From assembly GCA_012513315.1 (NCBI GenBank), contig JAAZCL010000065.1:1-48335 (forward strand): 48,335 bases of DNA, given 5' to 3'. The translations under genes and the position numbers were made by a program. Of the stretch, positions 1 to 9,716 are shown one piece after another. The notes under the pieces are model-generated. The model was given only the letters and a program-made list of their open reading frames with translations, was not told the DNA's origin and did not search any database. The DNA is from Bacteroidales bacterium. Its GTDB lineage: Bacteria > Bacteroidota > Bacteroidia > Bacteroidales > Dysgonomonadaceae. The first letter of the stretch is position 1; each line of letters opens with the position of its first letter.

Positions 1-521
1 AAATAGGGGTAATCTTTTTTAGCGATAAGGTTGAGAAATTTATTCCTCCTAAAAAAGGTAGAAAGCATATCTTGTTTATTATTCGTGAGATTTTGGGGTT
101 TGAGCCAGATAGCAATGGTACGGATCTGAATATGGTTATGAGATACATGACCAATGCGATAAAGAAGAGGTGTACAGCATTTTTGATATCCGACTTTATA
201 GATCAGGATGATTATAGTAAGGCTTTACAGATTGCAAATAACAAACATGATGTAGTTGCAATACAGGTGTTTGATGAGCTTAGTACGAAGTTGGTGCCTG
301 TGGGACTTATGAAAGTACGAGATCCTGAAACTGGTGATGAAAGGTGGATAGATACATCTTCTAAGAAAGTTAGGAATCAATATGATTTATGGTGGAGGAA
401 TCTGCAAAACAATAAGAATGTTGCATTTAGGCAAAGTGGCGTAGATAGTGTGTCTCTGTCTACAGAAGGTGATTACGTTAAATCTTTACTTCAACTGTTC
501 CAGAAAAGGAGAAAGTTTTGA
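1..521 (+). CDS. DUF58 (VWA-like) protein of the MoxR/Bat operon, 5'-truncated by the window edge
   Basis: Frame is open from base 3 (IGVIFFSDKVEKFIPPKKGRKHILFIIRE). Contains AFLISDF, KHDVVAIQV and DPETG motifs. Lies upstream of batA. Confidence 0.88.
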   Translation, partial: IGVIFFSDKVEKFIPPKKGRKHILFIIREILGFEPDSNGTDLNMVMRYMTNAIKKRCTAFLISDFIDQDDYSKALQIANNKHDVVAIQVFDELSTKLVPVGLMKVRDPETGDERWIDTSSKKVRNQYDLWWRNLQNNKNVAFRQSGVDSVSLSTEGDYVKSLLQLFQKRRKF

Positions 522-1558
522 ATAGAAGTATTATACATATAAAATTAATAAAGGGGGCAATAATTGTTGCTCTTTCAATCTTTACAGCCACTCCAGTGGC
601 GGGTCAGCGTGCATCTGCTCATGCCACAATTCAACCAACTGAGATATTAATTGGAGAGCATGCTTTAATAGATTTAAAGGTTATTACACCTAAGGATAAA
701 GTTATTTCATTTCCTGTATATGAGAACGAGATTATTCCGGGAATTGAAGTTATAGCAATGCTTCCACCAGATACAGTTATAGAGAATAATGTAATGACTC
801 TTAATTTTAAGTATGTTGTTACTTCTTTTGATTCTACTCTTTATCATGTGCCTTTTATACCGGTATTTGATGGAACTGATACAATCTTCTCAAATTCATT
901 TGGACTAAAAGTAACATCACCCGAGCTTTCGGATTCTACTCTCAGTTATTTAGATAAAATAAATAGAGGAGAAACTGATTCTATCGATTTTAAGCAACTT
1001 CAAATAAATGAAATAAAACCTATTAGAAAAGCGCCATTTGTATGGACCGACTTTCTTTGGATTTTGTGGGTGATACTTGGTGTTGCTCTTTTATTAGCTC
1101 TAATTGGTTTGATTACTTATTTAATAGTAAATAAGAAGAAAAAAGGGTATTTCTTTACACCCCCTGTGGTATTGCCAGCTCATGTAAGAGCAGCTAATGA
1201 ACTTGATAAACTGAAAGCTGAAAAGATTTGGCAACAGGGAAGAGAGAAAGAATTTTATAGTAAGCTTACGGATATTTTACGTCGCTATATTTATGAAAGA
1301 GAAGGAATTAATGCGATGGAAATGACGTCGGGTGAGATACTTAATAATATACGACAAATATCTGATGTGGATTCTGTTTATGATAATCTTAAGCAGATAT
1401 TATCTACAGCCGATTTGGTTAAATTTGCAAAGTATAAGCCTTATCCTGATGAGAATGATCTCAGCATGGTAAATGCATATTTCTTTGTGAATCAGACAAA
1501 GGAGCCAGATCCGATACCCACAAAGGAAGGGTTGAATGAAGAAGATAAAAGTAAATAA
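518..1558 (+). CDS. Bat-operon membrane protein (conserved gene between DUF58 and batA)
   Basis: N-terminal signal peptide, beta-rich periplasmic part, one TM helix, then KEFYSKLTDILRRYI and ADLVKFAKY motifs. Overlaps the upstream stop. Confidence 0.8.
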   Translation: MNRSIIHIKLIKGAIIVALSIFTATPVAGQRASAHATIQPTEILIGEHALIDLKVITPKDKVISFPVYENEIIPGIEVIAMLPPDTVIENNVMTLNFKYVVTSFDSTLYHVPFIPVFDGTDTIFSNSFGLKVTSPELSDSTLSYLDKINRGETDSIDFKQLQINEIKPIRKAPFVWTDFLWILWVILGVALLLALIGLITYLIVNKKKKGYFFTPPVVLPAHVRAANELDKLKAEKIWQQGREKEFYSKLTDILRRYIYEREGINAMEMTSGEILNNIRQISDVDSVYDNLKQILSTADLVKFAKYKPYPDENDLSMVNAYFFVNQTKEPDPIPTKEGLNEEDKSK

Positions 1559-1560
1559 TA

Positions 1561-2544
1561 ATGGTGTTTCTAAATCCTAAATATTTTTATCTGTTACTAT
1601 TACTTATACCGTTAATAGCGTGGTATGTATATAGATTATCGAAGACTCAGGCTTCGATTAAACTTGCATCTACAAATGCATTTAAAGGAGTAAAGCCGGG
1701 GTTGAGGGTTTATATGCGCCATTTACCATTTTTATTGAGAGTAGTATCTATTGTATTAATAATTATAGTAATTGCTCGCCCCCAGTCTGTTAATAGCTGG
1801 GAGGAAACCGAAACGCAGGGTATCGATATTATTTTGGCTCTTGATGTTTCGGGTTCGATGCTTTCGCAAGACCTTCAACCCGATCGTTTGCAGGCAGCCA
1901 AAAAAGTGGCTTCAGAATTTGTTACGGATAGAAAGAATGACAATATTGGTCTTGTTATTTTTGCAGGGGAAAGCTTTACGCAGTGTCCTCTTACAACCGA
2001 CCATAAAGTGCTATTAAATTTACTAAATGAAATACAGTTTGGTATTATAGATGATGGTACTGCAATTGGTTTGGGGTTGGCTACTTCTGTGAATAGACTT
2101 AAAGATAGTGAGTCTGACTCGAGAGTGGTGATTCTTTTAACTGATGGCACAAATAATAGTGGACAAATTGCTCCTCTCACTGCAGCTGATTTGGCAAGAT
2201 CTTATGGTATACGTGTTTATACAGTTGGTGTGGGAACAACTGGGATGGCTCCAACTCCTGTTCAAACACCTTTTGGAATAAGAATGCAAAATATGCCTGT
2301 TGATATTGATGAGAAAACACTTACAGATATTGCAGTAATGACGGGTGGTCAGTATTTTAGAGCTCAGGATACTGAGGGTTTACGCCAAGTGTATGAAGAA
2401 ATTGATGAAATGGAAAAATATCTTATAAGTGTGCAAAATGTAACACAGCGTAAGGAGGTGTTTTTACCATTTGCGTTGCTGGCATTAGCATTAATACTGA
2501 TGGAATTACTTTTACGGAGAACTTGGTTGAGAAATATTCCATAG
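1561..2544 (+). CDS. batA: Aerotolerance protein BatA (VWA domain)
   Basis: MIDAS motif DVSGSM, FTQCPLTTD, GTAIG, VILLTDG. N- and C-terminal TM segments. Confidence 0.93.
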   Translation: MVFLNPKYFYLLLLLIPLIAWYVYRLSKTQASIKLASTNAFKGVKPGLRVYMRHLPFLLRVVSIVLIIIVIARPQSVNSWEETETQGIDIILALDVSGSMLSQDLQPDRLQAAKKVASEFVTDRKNDNIGLVIFAGESFTQCPLTTDHKVLLNLLNEIQFGIIDDGTAIGLGLATSVNRLKDSESDSRVVILLTDGTNNSGQIAPLTAADLARSYGIRVYTVGVGTTGMAPTPVQTPFGIRMQNMPVDIDEKTLTDIAVMTGGQYFRAQDTEGLRQVYEEIDEMEKYLISVQNVTQRKEVFLPFALLALALILMELLLRRTWLRNIP

Positions 2545-2609
2545 TTCATTAAGCATTTCAACTGAGTACGTGTACTTTTATAAAGAAGATAAAAACCAAA
2601 TAGGATAAA

Positions 2610-3638
2610 ATGTTTAGATTCGGAAATCCAGAATTTTTATGGTTCTTCACAGCAATGCCTTTGTTGCTTGCCCTTTACATTTATCTGAACATCAGGAAAC
2701 GGAAAGATGTGCAGAAGATGGGTTCGCTATCGACATTGAAAAAAATGATGCCAGAGCTGTCTTTAAAGCGTTCTTATCTTAAGTTTTGGCTGATATTTGC
2801 AGCATTATGTGTGGCCATTTTTATGATTTCCCGCCCTCAATTTGGAACTAAGGTGCATACTGTTGAAAAAGAGGGTATAGAGCTGGTTATAGCAATTGAT
2901 GTTTCAAACTCAATGCTTGCAGAGGATGTTTCACCAAATAGATTATCTAGAGCAAAACAGATTTTATCTAGATTAATTGATGTGAGAAGTAGTGATAAGG
3001 TGGGGTTAATTGTATTTGCAGGGGAAGCTTATGTGCAGATGCCACTTACTTCAGATACTCAGTCTGCTAAAATATTTTTAAATACGATAGACCCAAGTTT
3101 AGTGCCTATTCAGGGAACTGCTATAGGAGACGCAATTAGCCTGGGGATGACTTCGTTTTCAAGTGATAAGAGTGCAAGTCGCTCTATAGTAATTATTACC
3201 GATGGTGAAGATCATGAGGGAAATGCTATTGAGATAGCATCTTCTGCTGCCAAGGAAGGTGTACAGGTTAATGTTATAGGTATTGGTTCGCCAGATGGAT
3301 CTCCCATACCTTCAGTGGAGCTTGGTAATCAATTTATGAGAGATAGTGAGGGTAATGTAGTGGTTTCTAGATTGAATGAGCAGATGGGTATGGAAATAGC
3401 TCAGAGTGGACATGGAATGTATGTTAGAGCCGACAATAGTAATAATGCTGTTCAAGCGTTAGTTTCTCAACTTGATGAATTAGAAACAACAACAACATCT
3501 TCACTTTCATATTCGGAATATGATGAGAAATTTACTGTTTTTGCATGGATTTTGCTCGCAATTCTTTTAATAGAGATTCTTATTTATGATAAAAAAAATC
3601 CTATATTTCGTAATATTAGAATCTTTAGTAAAGACTGA
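2610..3638 (+). CDS. batB: Aerotolerance protein BatB (VWA domain)
   Basis: RPQFG, DVSNSMLAEDVSPNRL, ITDGEDHEG. Follows batA. Confidence 0.92.
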   Translation: MFRFGNPEFLWFFTAMPLLLALYIYLNIRKRKDVQKMGSLSTLKKMMPELSLKRSYLKFWLIFAALCVAIFMISRPQFGTKVHTVEKEGIELVIAIDVSNSMLAEDVSPNRLSRAKQILSRLIDVRSSDKVGLIVFAGEAYVQMPLTSDTQSAKIFLNTIDPSLVPIQGTAIGDAISLGMTSFSSDKSASRSIVIITDGEDHEGNAIEIASSAAKEGVQVNVIGIGSPDGSPIPSVELGNQFMRDSEGNVVVSRLNEQMGMEIAQSGHGMYVRADNSNNAVQALVSQLDELETTTTSSLSYSEYDEKFTVFAWILLAILLIEILIYDKKNPIFRNIRIFSKD

Positions 3639-3711
3639 GTTATTAATTTAAACTTAGCTGATAATTGAGATATGATGTTTATTGGCAACCGATAATTGTG
3701 ACTTTATGCAG

Positions 3712-4425
3712 ATGTTTTTAAAATATATAATATTTACATTAATGCTGGGACTGATTCCGATATCAGCTTCAGCACAAAAAGAGGTGCGTAAAAATATACG
3801 TAAAGGCAATAAAGAGTATAAGGTTCAAAAATACTCGGAAGCTGCTTCCTTTTATGAAAAGGCAATTGAGGAGAATCCTACTTCGCAGGAAGCAAATTAT
3901 AATTTTGGAAACACATTATATAATCAAAAGGAGTGGGATAAGGCAATTGAGTATTATAATAACTTTAACTCGCTTGAGCAGGAAGATCCGTTGAATGTTT
4001 CGTCTGGAATGCATAATATAGGGAATGCGTTGCTAAGGAAAAAGGAGCTTAATGATGCTATGGAAGCGTATAAGAAGGCTTTGAGATTAAATCCTCAGGA
4101 TGATGAAACACGCTATAATCTTGCTGTGGTTCAGAAAATGATTCAGGATGAGGAACAACAGGGTGATGGGGAGGACGACCAAGAGCAGCAACAACAAGAG
4201 GAGCAGGATCAGCAACAGCAACAGTCGCCTCAGAATCAGCAGGACCAAGAGAAGCGTGCTGAGCAGCCCGATGCTCCAGAGCAGATGTCGCGAGACAACG
4301 CCAGAGCTCTACTGCAAGCAATAGAGCAGGATGAGCGTGAGACCCAAGAGAAAGTTAATCAGATTAAAGCTCAAGAAAGAGAAGAGCAGTCCGAAAATAA
4401 CAGGAGACAAAATAAAAACTGGTAA
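3712..4425 (+). CDS. batC: Aerotolerance protein BatC (TPR repeats plus Gln/acidic linker). The ATG at 3706 or 3712 is a more likely start than the TTG at 3682.
   Basis: Signal peptide ASA-Q, TPRs (ANYNFGN, ALRLNPQDDETRYNLA), MSRDNARALL and C-terminal KNW. Confidence 0.9.
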   Translation: MFLKYIIFTLMLGLIPISASAQKEVRKNIRKGNKEYKVQKYSEAASFYEKAIEENPTSQEANYNFGNTLYNQKEWDKAIEYYNNFNSLEQEDPLNVSSGMHNIGNALLRKKELNDAMEAYKKALRLNPQDDETRYNLAVVQKMIQDEEQQGDGEDDQEQQQQEEQDQQQQQSPQNQQDQEKRAEQPDAPEQMSRDNARALLQAIEQDERETQEKVNQIKAQEREEQSENNRRQNKNW

Positions 4426-4440
4426 GCGATTTATTTTAAA

Positions 4441-7089
4441 ATGAACAACAGAAAGTATAAATTAAATAGATTCCTTTTCTTTTTGATAGGTTTATTTTCA
4501 ATTTCAATACTTGGTGCTGAGGCTCAAGTAGCATTTAAAGCTTCTGCACCTGCTACTGTAGTTGAGGGTGAACAGTTTAGATTGAGTTATATTCTTAATG
4601 AGGAGGGTAAGGATCTTAGGCTTCCAGATATTGCCGATTTTGATATATTGTTTGGACCTAGTACTTCTACTAGTTTTAGTCAACGTACGATTAACGGCAA
4701 AACTACTTCTGAGAGATCGGTAACTTACACCTATATTTTGGTGCCAAAGAAGACCGGAAGTTTCACTATTGGACCAGCTTCAATTAATGTGAAAGGAAGT
4801 AGCTACCAATCTAATTCACTTTCAATTGAGGTGCTGCCACCCGACAAGAGTTCTTCTCAAGGAGGAGCCGGTGGTTCAGCAAATAACAGTGGTACATCAT
4901 CAGCTAGCTCTGCTACTGTTTCTGATAGTGACGCATTTATAAGGGCGATAGTTTCTAATAACAGTCCATATGAACAACAGGGATTTACTGTAACATTCAG
5001 GTTATACACAACCTTGAATGTTGTAAATTTCGGGAGAATTCAATTTCCGGAATTCGAGGGGTTTATGGTTGAAGAGATTGAAATGGCTTCTAATCAACAA
5101 CTGAAAATGGAAAGATATAACGGAAAGAATTATTATACAGCTGAATTACGAAAAACATTGTTATTTCCACAAAGATCTGGTCAGATTACTATTCCAGCTG
5201 GATCTATAGAGATGGTTTTTTCTGTTCCATCTGGTAGGAGTGTTTCTACATTTTTTGGTTCTCAGGAACTTATGGCAGATGTTAAAAAGAATATTGTTAC
5301 TAATCCTCTTAATGTAAATGTAAAGCCACTTCCTGGAAATAAGCCATTGAATTATTCAAATGCAGTTGGAACGTTTACATTTGATCCCAGCATCAGTTCT
5401 ACAGAAATTAAAGCAAACGAAGCTGTTACATTGCGACTAGAGATTTCAGGAACAGGTAATATGAAGTTGTTGCGCAACCCCGAGGTTCAATTTCCTAATA
5501 ATTTTGAGGTGTATGATCCAGTGGTTACTAATTCGCTCAATGTTACCACTAACGGGCTAACAGGAATAAGGGTGATTGAGTATATGGCTATTCCAAGATA
5601 CGAAGGGTCATATACCATTCCTTCTGTTGAATTTGGTTACTTTGATCTTAACACAAATTCTTACAAAACACTTTCTACACCTGAGTATAATTTGCAAATA
5701 GCAAAGGGAGATCCGGGAAGTGCTTCTGCCACTAATTTTGTTAATCAACAAGATGTGAGGGTAGAGCAGGATATACGATTTCTGAAGACTGGTGAACCAA
5801 GTTTTGTCTCTATGAATAGTTTCTTCGTTGGGTCATTAAGTTACTGGTTATGGTATATTATTCCATTTTTATTATTGATTATTTACTTTATAATCAATAG
5901 AAAAAAAGCGAAAGAAAATGCGAATGTGGCATTAATGCGCAATAAGAAAGCTACTAAAATAGCAATTAAACGATTAAAGCTTGCTGAAAAGTATTTGAGA
6001 GAACACAATAAGGAAAGCTTCTACGATGAGGTGCTTAGGGCTATATGGGGCTATTTTAGCGACAAACTGGCAATACCTGTTGCCCAACTCTCTAAGGATA
6101 ACATAGAGACTGAACTATTAAAAAATGGTATTAGTAGTGAGTTGGCTAATAACTTTATGAATATACTTGACACATGCGAATTTGCACGTTATGCACAAGT
6201 GGAAAGTGATGCGGAAATGGATAGGATTTATCATGATACACTTGATGCAATTGGTCAGATGGAGGATAGACTGAAAAAAAGAAAATCCAATAAATTATCA
6301 ATGCTCTCGTTATTATTATTATCGATTGCAATATTTACGACACTTTCTATATCAGCTCAAGATACTGATATAATTGAAGAGCCTGTAAACAACACGGCAT
6401 TGTCGGCAGCCGACGCATATAGGAGTGGGTATTTTAAAACAAGTATTGAATTATATGATAAATTGATAAATGAATCAATCACTAATAATATAGTTTCGCC
6501 TCAGCTTTATTACAATTTAGGAAATGCTTACTATAGAGACAGTCAGATAGGCAAAGCTATACTAAACTTCGAAAGAGCTTTACTGCTAGATCCAGGAGAT
6601 AGTGATATACGTCATAATCTTCGTTTTGCTAATAACCGCAAAGTAGACCGCATAACTCCAGCAGGTGATATCTTTATTACTAACTGGTTTAAAGCAATAC
6701 GCAATTTGTATAGCTCGAACGTTTGGGCAGTTATTGCAATTATGTCTTTTGTATTGTCTATTATTTCATTAGCAGCCTTTTTATTTGTAAATGTACTGTG
6801 GGTAAGGAAAACTGCTTTTTATTCGTTTATAGTTCTATTTCTTTTAATGATAGTTTTCAATATATTCTCTTTTAGCCAGAAGAGAGAACAAATACGTGGA
6901 GATAATGCTATAGTTATGGTTGGTGCAGCTGGTGTTAATGCATCTCCGGATGCTAATAGTAATGAGCTCTTTGAGCTTCATGAAGGCACTAAAGTGAGAG
7001 TTAAAAGCAGCGATGGAAACTGGTATGAAATAGAAATAGATAATGGTAGTGTAGGTTGGACTAATAAAGATAATATAGAGATAATATAA
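4441..7089 (+). CDS. batD: BatD-BatE fusion protein: BatD oxygen-tolerance domains, TM, then TPR, TMs and an SH3b domain
   Basis: About aa 1-610 is BatD-like (FDILFGPSTS, LFPQRSG, ISGTGNMKL, CEFARYA). About aa 620-882 is BatE-like (LYYNLGNAYYR, LHEGTKV, W.EI..NGSVGW). There is no stop between the two parts. Confidence 0.88.
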   Translation: MNNRKYKLNRFLFFLIGLFSISILGAEAQVAFKASAPATVVEGEQFRLSYILNEEGKDLRLPDIADFDILFGPSTSTSFSQRTINGKTTSERSVTYTYILVPKKTGSFTIGPASINVKGSSYQSNSLSIEVLPPDKSSSQGGAGGSANNSGTSSASSATVSDSDAFIRAIVSNNSPYEQQGFTVTFRLYTTLNVVNFGRIQFPEFEGFMVEEIEMASNQQLKMERYNGKNYYTAELRKTLLFPQRSGQITIPAGSIEMVFSVPSGRSVSTFFGSQELMADVKKNIVTNPLNVNVKPLPGNKPLNYSNAVGTFTFDPSISSTEIKANEAVTLRLEISGTGNMKLLRNPEVQFPNNFEVYDPVVTNSLNVTTNGLTGIRVIEYMAIPRYEGSYTIPSVEFGYFDLNTNSYKTLSTPEYNLQIAKGDPGSASATNFVNQQDVRVEQDIRFLKTGEPSFVSMNSFFVGSLSYWLWYIIPFLLLIIYFIINRKKAKENANVALMRNKKATKIAIKRLKLAEKYLREHNKESFYDEVLRAIWGYFSDKLAIPVAQLSKDNIETELLKNGISSELANNFMNILDTCEFARYAQVESDAEMDRIYHDTLDAIGQMEDRLKKRKSNKLSMLSLLLLSIAIFTTLSISAQDTDIIEEPVNNTALSAADAYRSGYFKTSIELYDKLINESITNNIVSPQLYYNLGNAYYRDSQIGKAILNFERALLLDPGDSDIRHNLRFANNRKVDRITPAGDIFITNWFKAIRNLYSSNVWAVIAIMSFVLSIISLAAFLFVNVLWVRKTAFYSFIVLFLLMIVFNIFSFSQKREQIRGDNAIVMVGAAGVNASPDANSNELFELHEGTKVRVKSSDGNWYEIEIDNGSVGWTNKDNIEII

Positions 7090-7130
7090 AGATTACATAA
7101 ATATAATTACTCTTAAATATGATCTAATAT

Positions 7131-7832
7131 ATGAAAAGAGCTATTGAAGGTCTTTTGCCATTAGAGAGAGATTTGTTCTTTGCGATAAACGGAAGTGACT
7201 CTGTAATTCTGGATAATATAATGTGGACATTATCGGGAAGATTTGTTTGGATACCATTATTCTTATTCATCATCCTTATCCTCTTTTATAAAACACCACT
7301 TAAATTAGGGCTTCTTGTAACATTTTTTTTAATTCTAGTATTCGTTGCAAGTGATCAGGCATCTTCATCTTTATTTAAACCTTTGTTCGAAAGATTTAGG
7401 CCAACACACCATCCCGATTTTATGAATCAGGTAGATATAATAAATGGTTATAGAGGTGGTAGATTCGGATTTATATCGGGTCATGCAACTAATTCATTTG
7501 GACTTGCAGTTTTTCTTTCTTTATCATTTAAATATCGATGGCTCACTATTATATCTCTTTTCTGGGCAACTTTAAATAGTTACACTAGAATATATCTGGG
7601 AGTACATTTTATATCTGATATAATAGCTGGAATTTTAGTGGGTACTCTATTAGCAATAATCTTTTACTCAGTTTTAATTTTAGTAAAAAAACCACTTTTA
7701 AAAACCACAAGCGAAATAAGTAATAAGGTAATTTACAGTACGAATAACGGCAAGATACTTTCTATATTTATTTTGATATATATAATAATGCTTGTTTGCT
7801 TTAGTTCTTTATTATCAACTTTACCTCATTGA
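7131..7832 (+). CDS. PAP2-family membrane phosphatase
   Basis: KPLFERFRP, FISGHATN and TRIYLGVHF PAP2 motifs; hydrophobic. Confidence 0.9.
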   Translation: MKRAIEGLLPLERDLFFAINGSDSVILDNIMWTLSGRFVWIPLFLFIILILFYKTPLKLGLLVTFFLILVFVASDQASSSLFKPLFERFRPTHHPDFMNQVDIINGYRGGRFGFISGHATNSFGLAVFLSLSFKYRWLTIISLFWATLNSYTRIYLGVHFISDIIAGILVGTLLAIIFYSVLILVKKPLLKTTSEISNKVIYSTNNGKILSIFILIYIIMLVCFSSLLSTLPH

Positions 7833-7965
7833 ATTTTGTTATAATAATTGAAAGGTAACAATTTCGAAATATTATCTTATAATTGTTTGGTGTATCTTTA
7901 ATTTTTAGTAAGTTTAGGGCATAATAAGAGGTTAGAATGAATTTTAAACATAAAAATGATAAGCC

Positions 7966-8265
7966 ATGGCAAGAACAATTTCATTTAACGAGTTAAGAGA
8001 ACTGAAAGACAAGCTACCTGATGGCAGTATCCGTAAAATAGCAACTGAGCTTGATATGAAGCCAGAAACCGTGAGAAACTATTTTGGCGGGTACAATTAC
8101 AAAGAGGGTAGAAGTGCAGGTATTCACATTGAACCAGGACCAGATGGTGGAATAGTTGTACTGGATGACACCACGATTTTTGATAAGGCATTAAAAATAT
8201 TAGGACTTGATGATTATCCTGAGCCAGATCCAGTTGTGGCTGAGCAAGCAGAGCAAGCTGAATAA
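7966..8265 (+). CDS. Conserved Bacteroidales small putative DNA-binding (HTH-like) protein
   Basis: ISFNELRELKDKLPDGSIRKIATEL...TVRNYFGG and GIHIEPGPDGG match a small conserved Bacteroidales protein found at this syntenic position. Confidence 0.75.
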   Translation: MARTISFNELRELKDKLPDGSIRKIATELDMKPETVRNYFGGYNYKEGRSAGIHIEPGPDGGIVVLDDTTIFDKALKILGLDDYPEPDPVVAEQAEQAE

Positions 8266-8278
8266 CCATCGAAAAAAG

Positions 8279-8320
8279 AAACCAATATTTGTTTTTAATA
8301 TACCAAATATTGGTTTTTTT
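8279..8320 (+). terminator. Intrinsic terminator after the small DNA-binding gene
   Basis: Stem aaaccaatatttg (8279-8291) / caaatattggttt (8304-8316), running into a T tract. Confidence 0.7.
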
Positions 8321-8379
8321 ATTTTCTATAAACTTTATATCGTCAAATAGTTTTTTTGAGATGTATAAAATTCAATATT

Positions 8380-9531
8380 ATGCAAGGAAATAAAAAGGAA
8401 AACCAGCAAAACGATAGCAGGCTAGTAACTGTTGCTATTCATACTTATGAAAAAGCGCAGATTTTAAAAACTATATTAGAGTCTGAGGGTATTGAGTCTT
8501 TAATTCATGGAATAAATCTTATAGAGCCTTCTATTCCGGGCAGCGTGCGTGTTAGAATTAAAGAGAGAGATCTACAAAGAGCACTAAGAGTAATAGAGCA
8601 GGTTGATTTTACTTCTAAAGTTGCTGAAGAGGAAGAAGAAGTAGAAGAGACTAACAAAGAAATATTAATTCCCGTAGATTTTTCAGATTATACGTTATTA
8701 ACATGCGAATTTGGATTCAAGCTTGCCAAAGACTTGAATTGTACTGTGAAACTTATGCACGCTTTCTTTACGCCTTTTTATCCGGCGGCAATGCCATTTA
8801 GTGATGCATTTACTTTACCTGCTACTGATAAAGATTTGTATCAAGATGTAAGGAGAAAAACGGAGAAGGAAATGAAAACACTCATTGCAAAAATTGATGA
8901 ATATGTTACTAGTGGATATTTTCCAAAGGTGTCTTATACTTCCATACTTACAGAAGGTTTGCCTGAAGAGGAGATTATTTCATATTCAAGAAAGATGAAG
9001 CCAGTAGCTATTGTAATGGGTACAAAAGGTAAAAATGCAAAAGAACTTGACTTGATTGGTAGTGTAACAGCCGAAGTGATGGATGGATGTAAGACACCAA
9101 TATTTGCAGTGCCTGAAAATGCCAAAGCTAGAAATATATCTGATATAAATAAGTTGGTTTTTCTTACTAATTTTCAAGAGCGTGAATTTAAGGCTTTTGA
9201 TATTATGATGAAGTTCTTTAAAACATATCCAATGAAATTATATCTTGCTCATATTGCAAAAAAAGATGATGTATGGAATGAAATTAAATTATCGGGCCTT
9301 CAAAACTATCTCTCTGAGGAATACCCTCATCTGGAGACTGAATATCGATTAATAGACCCACAAGTAAATTTAGAAGAATCACTTGAAAAGTTTGTTGAAG
9401 AAAACAATATTGACATGATTTCTTTGTCAAGTTCTAGGAGGAATATCTTTGCAAGGATGTTTAATCCTGGTATTGCACGAAGAATGCTATTTCATTCTGA
9501 TACTCCAATTTTAGTAATTAAAGGGATGTAG
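8380..9531 (+). CDS. Universal stress protein (N-terminal DUF2007-like domain plus tandem Usp domains), ATG start at 8380
   Basis: LVTVAIHTYEKAQILKTILESEGI N-domain, ILIPVDFS, IVMGTKG...IGSVTAEV, HSDTPILVI. Confidence 0.88.
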   Translation: MQGNKKENQQNDSRLVTVAIHTYEKAQILKTILESEGIESLIHGINLIEPSIPGSVRVRIKERDLQRALRVIEQVDFTSKVAEEEEEVEETNKEILIPVDFSDYTLLTCEFGFKLAKDLNCTVKLMHAFFTPFYPAAMPFSDAFTLPATDKDLYQDVRRKTEKEMKTLIAKIDEYVTSGYFPKVSYTSILTEGLPEEEIISYSRKMKPVAIVMGTKGKNAKELDLIGSVTAEVMDGCKTPIFAVPENAKARNISDINKLVFLTNFQEREFKAFDIMMKFFKTYPMKLYLAHIAKKDDVWNEIKLSGLQNYLSEEYPHLETEYRLIDPQVNLEESLEKFVEENNIDMISLSSSRRNIFARMFNPGIARRMLFHSDTPILVIKGM

Positions 9532-9562
9532 AATTAGGCTTAATTCAGAAATCAAAAAATAC

Positions 9563-9645
9563 AAAGGGGCGTTTCACTTTGAAGGGACCCCCAAAAGTTA
9601 GACAAAAAACTTTTTGGGGTCACTGCATAAGAAACAGCCCCTTTT
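9563..9645. terminator. Bidirectional terminator-like hairpin between convergent usp and the GH gene, with a nested insert in the loop
   Basis: Outer arms aaaggggcgtttc (9563-9575) / gaaacagcccctttt (9631-9645). Confidence 0.7.
9580..9627. mobile_element. 48-bp non-autonomous mini-element or IS scar with IS3(IS150)-like terminal inverted repeats
   Basis: Starts TG and ends CA. Left end TGAAGGGACCCCCAAAAGTT versus reverse-complemented right end TGCAGTGACCCCAAAAAGTT (17/20 identical). Contains CCCCAAAAGTTAGACA, which I recall as typical of IS150-group ends. No transposase and no clear target duplication. Confidence 0.6.
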
Positions 9646-9716
9646 AATTTTAAAGCTCAACAATTACTTATTTGTGATTAGATCTTTTAAAAAACATTAT
9701 AATACTTATTATCAGT

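Noticed and set aside
4141-4425. GC-richer CAG/GAG-rich stretch in batC and the antisense ORF 4058..4321
   Set aside because: Normal Gln/Glu/Asp low-complexity linker of BatC. The antisense ORF is a by-product.
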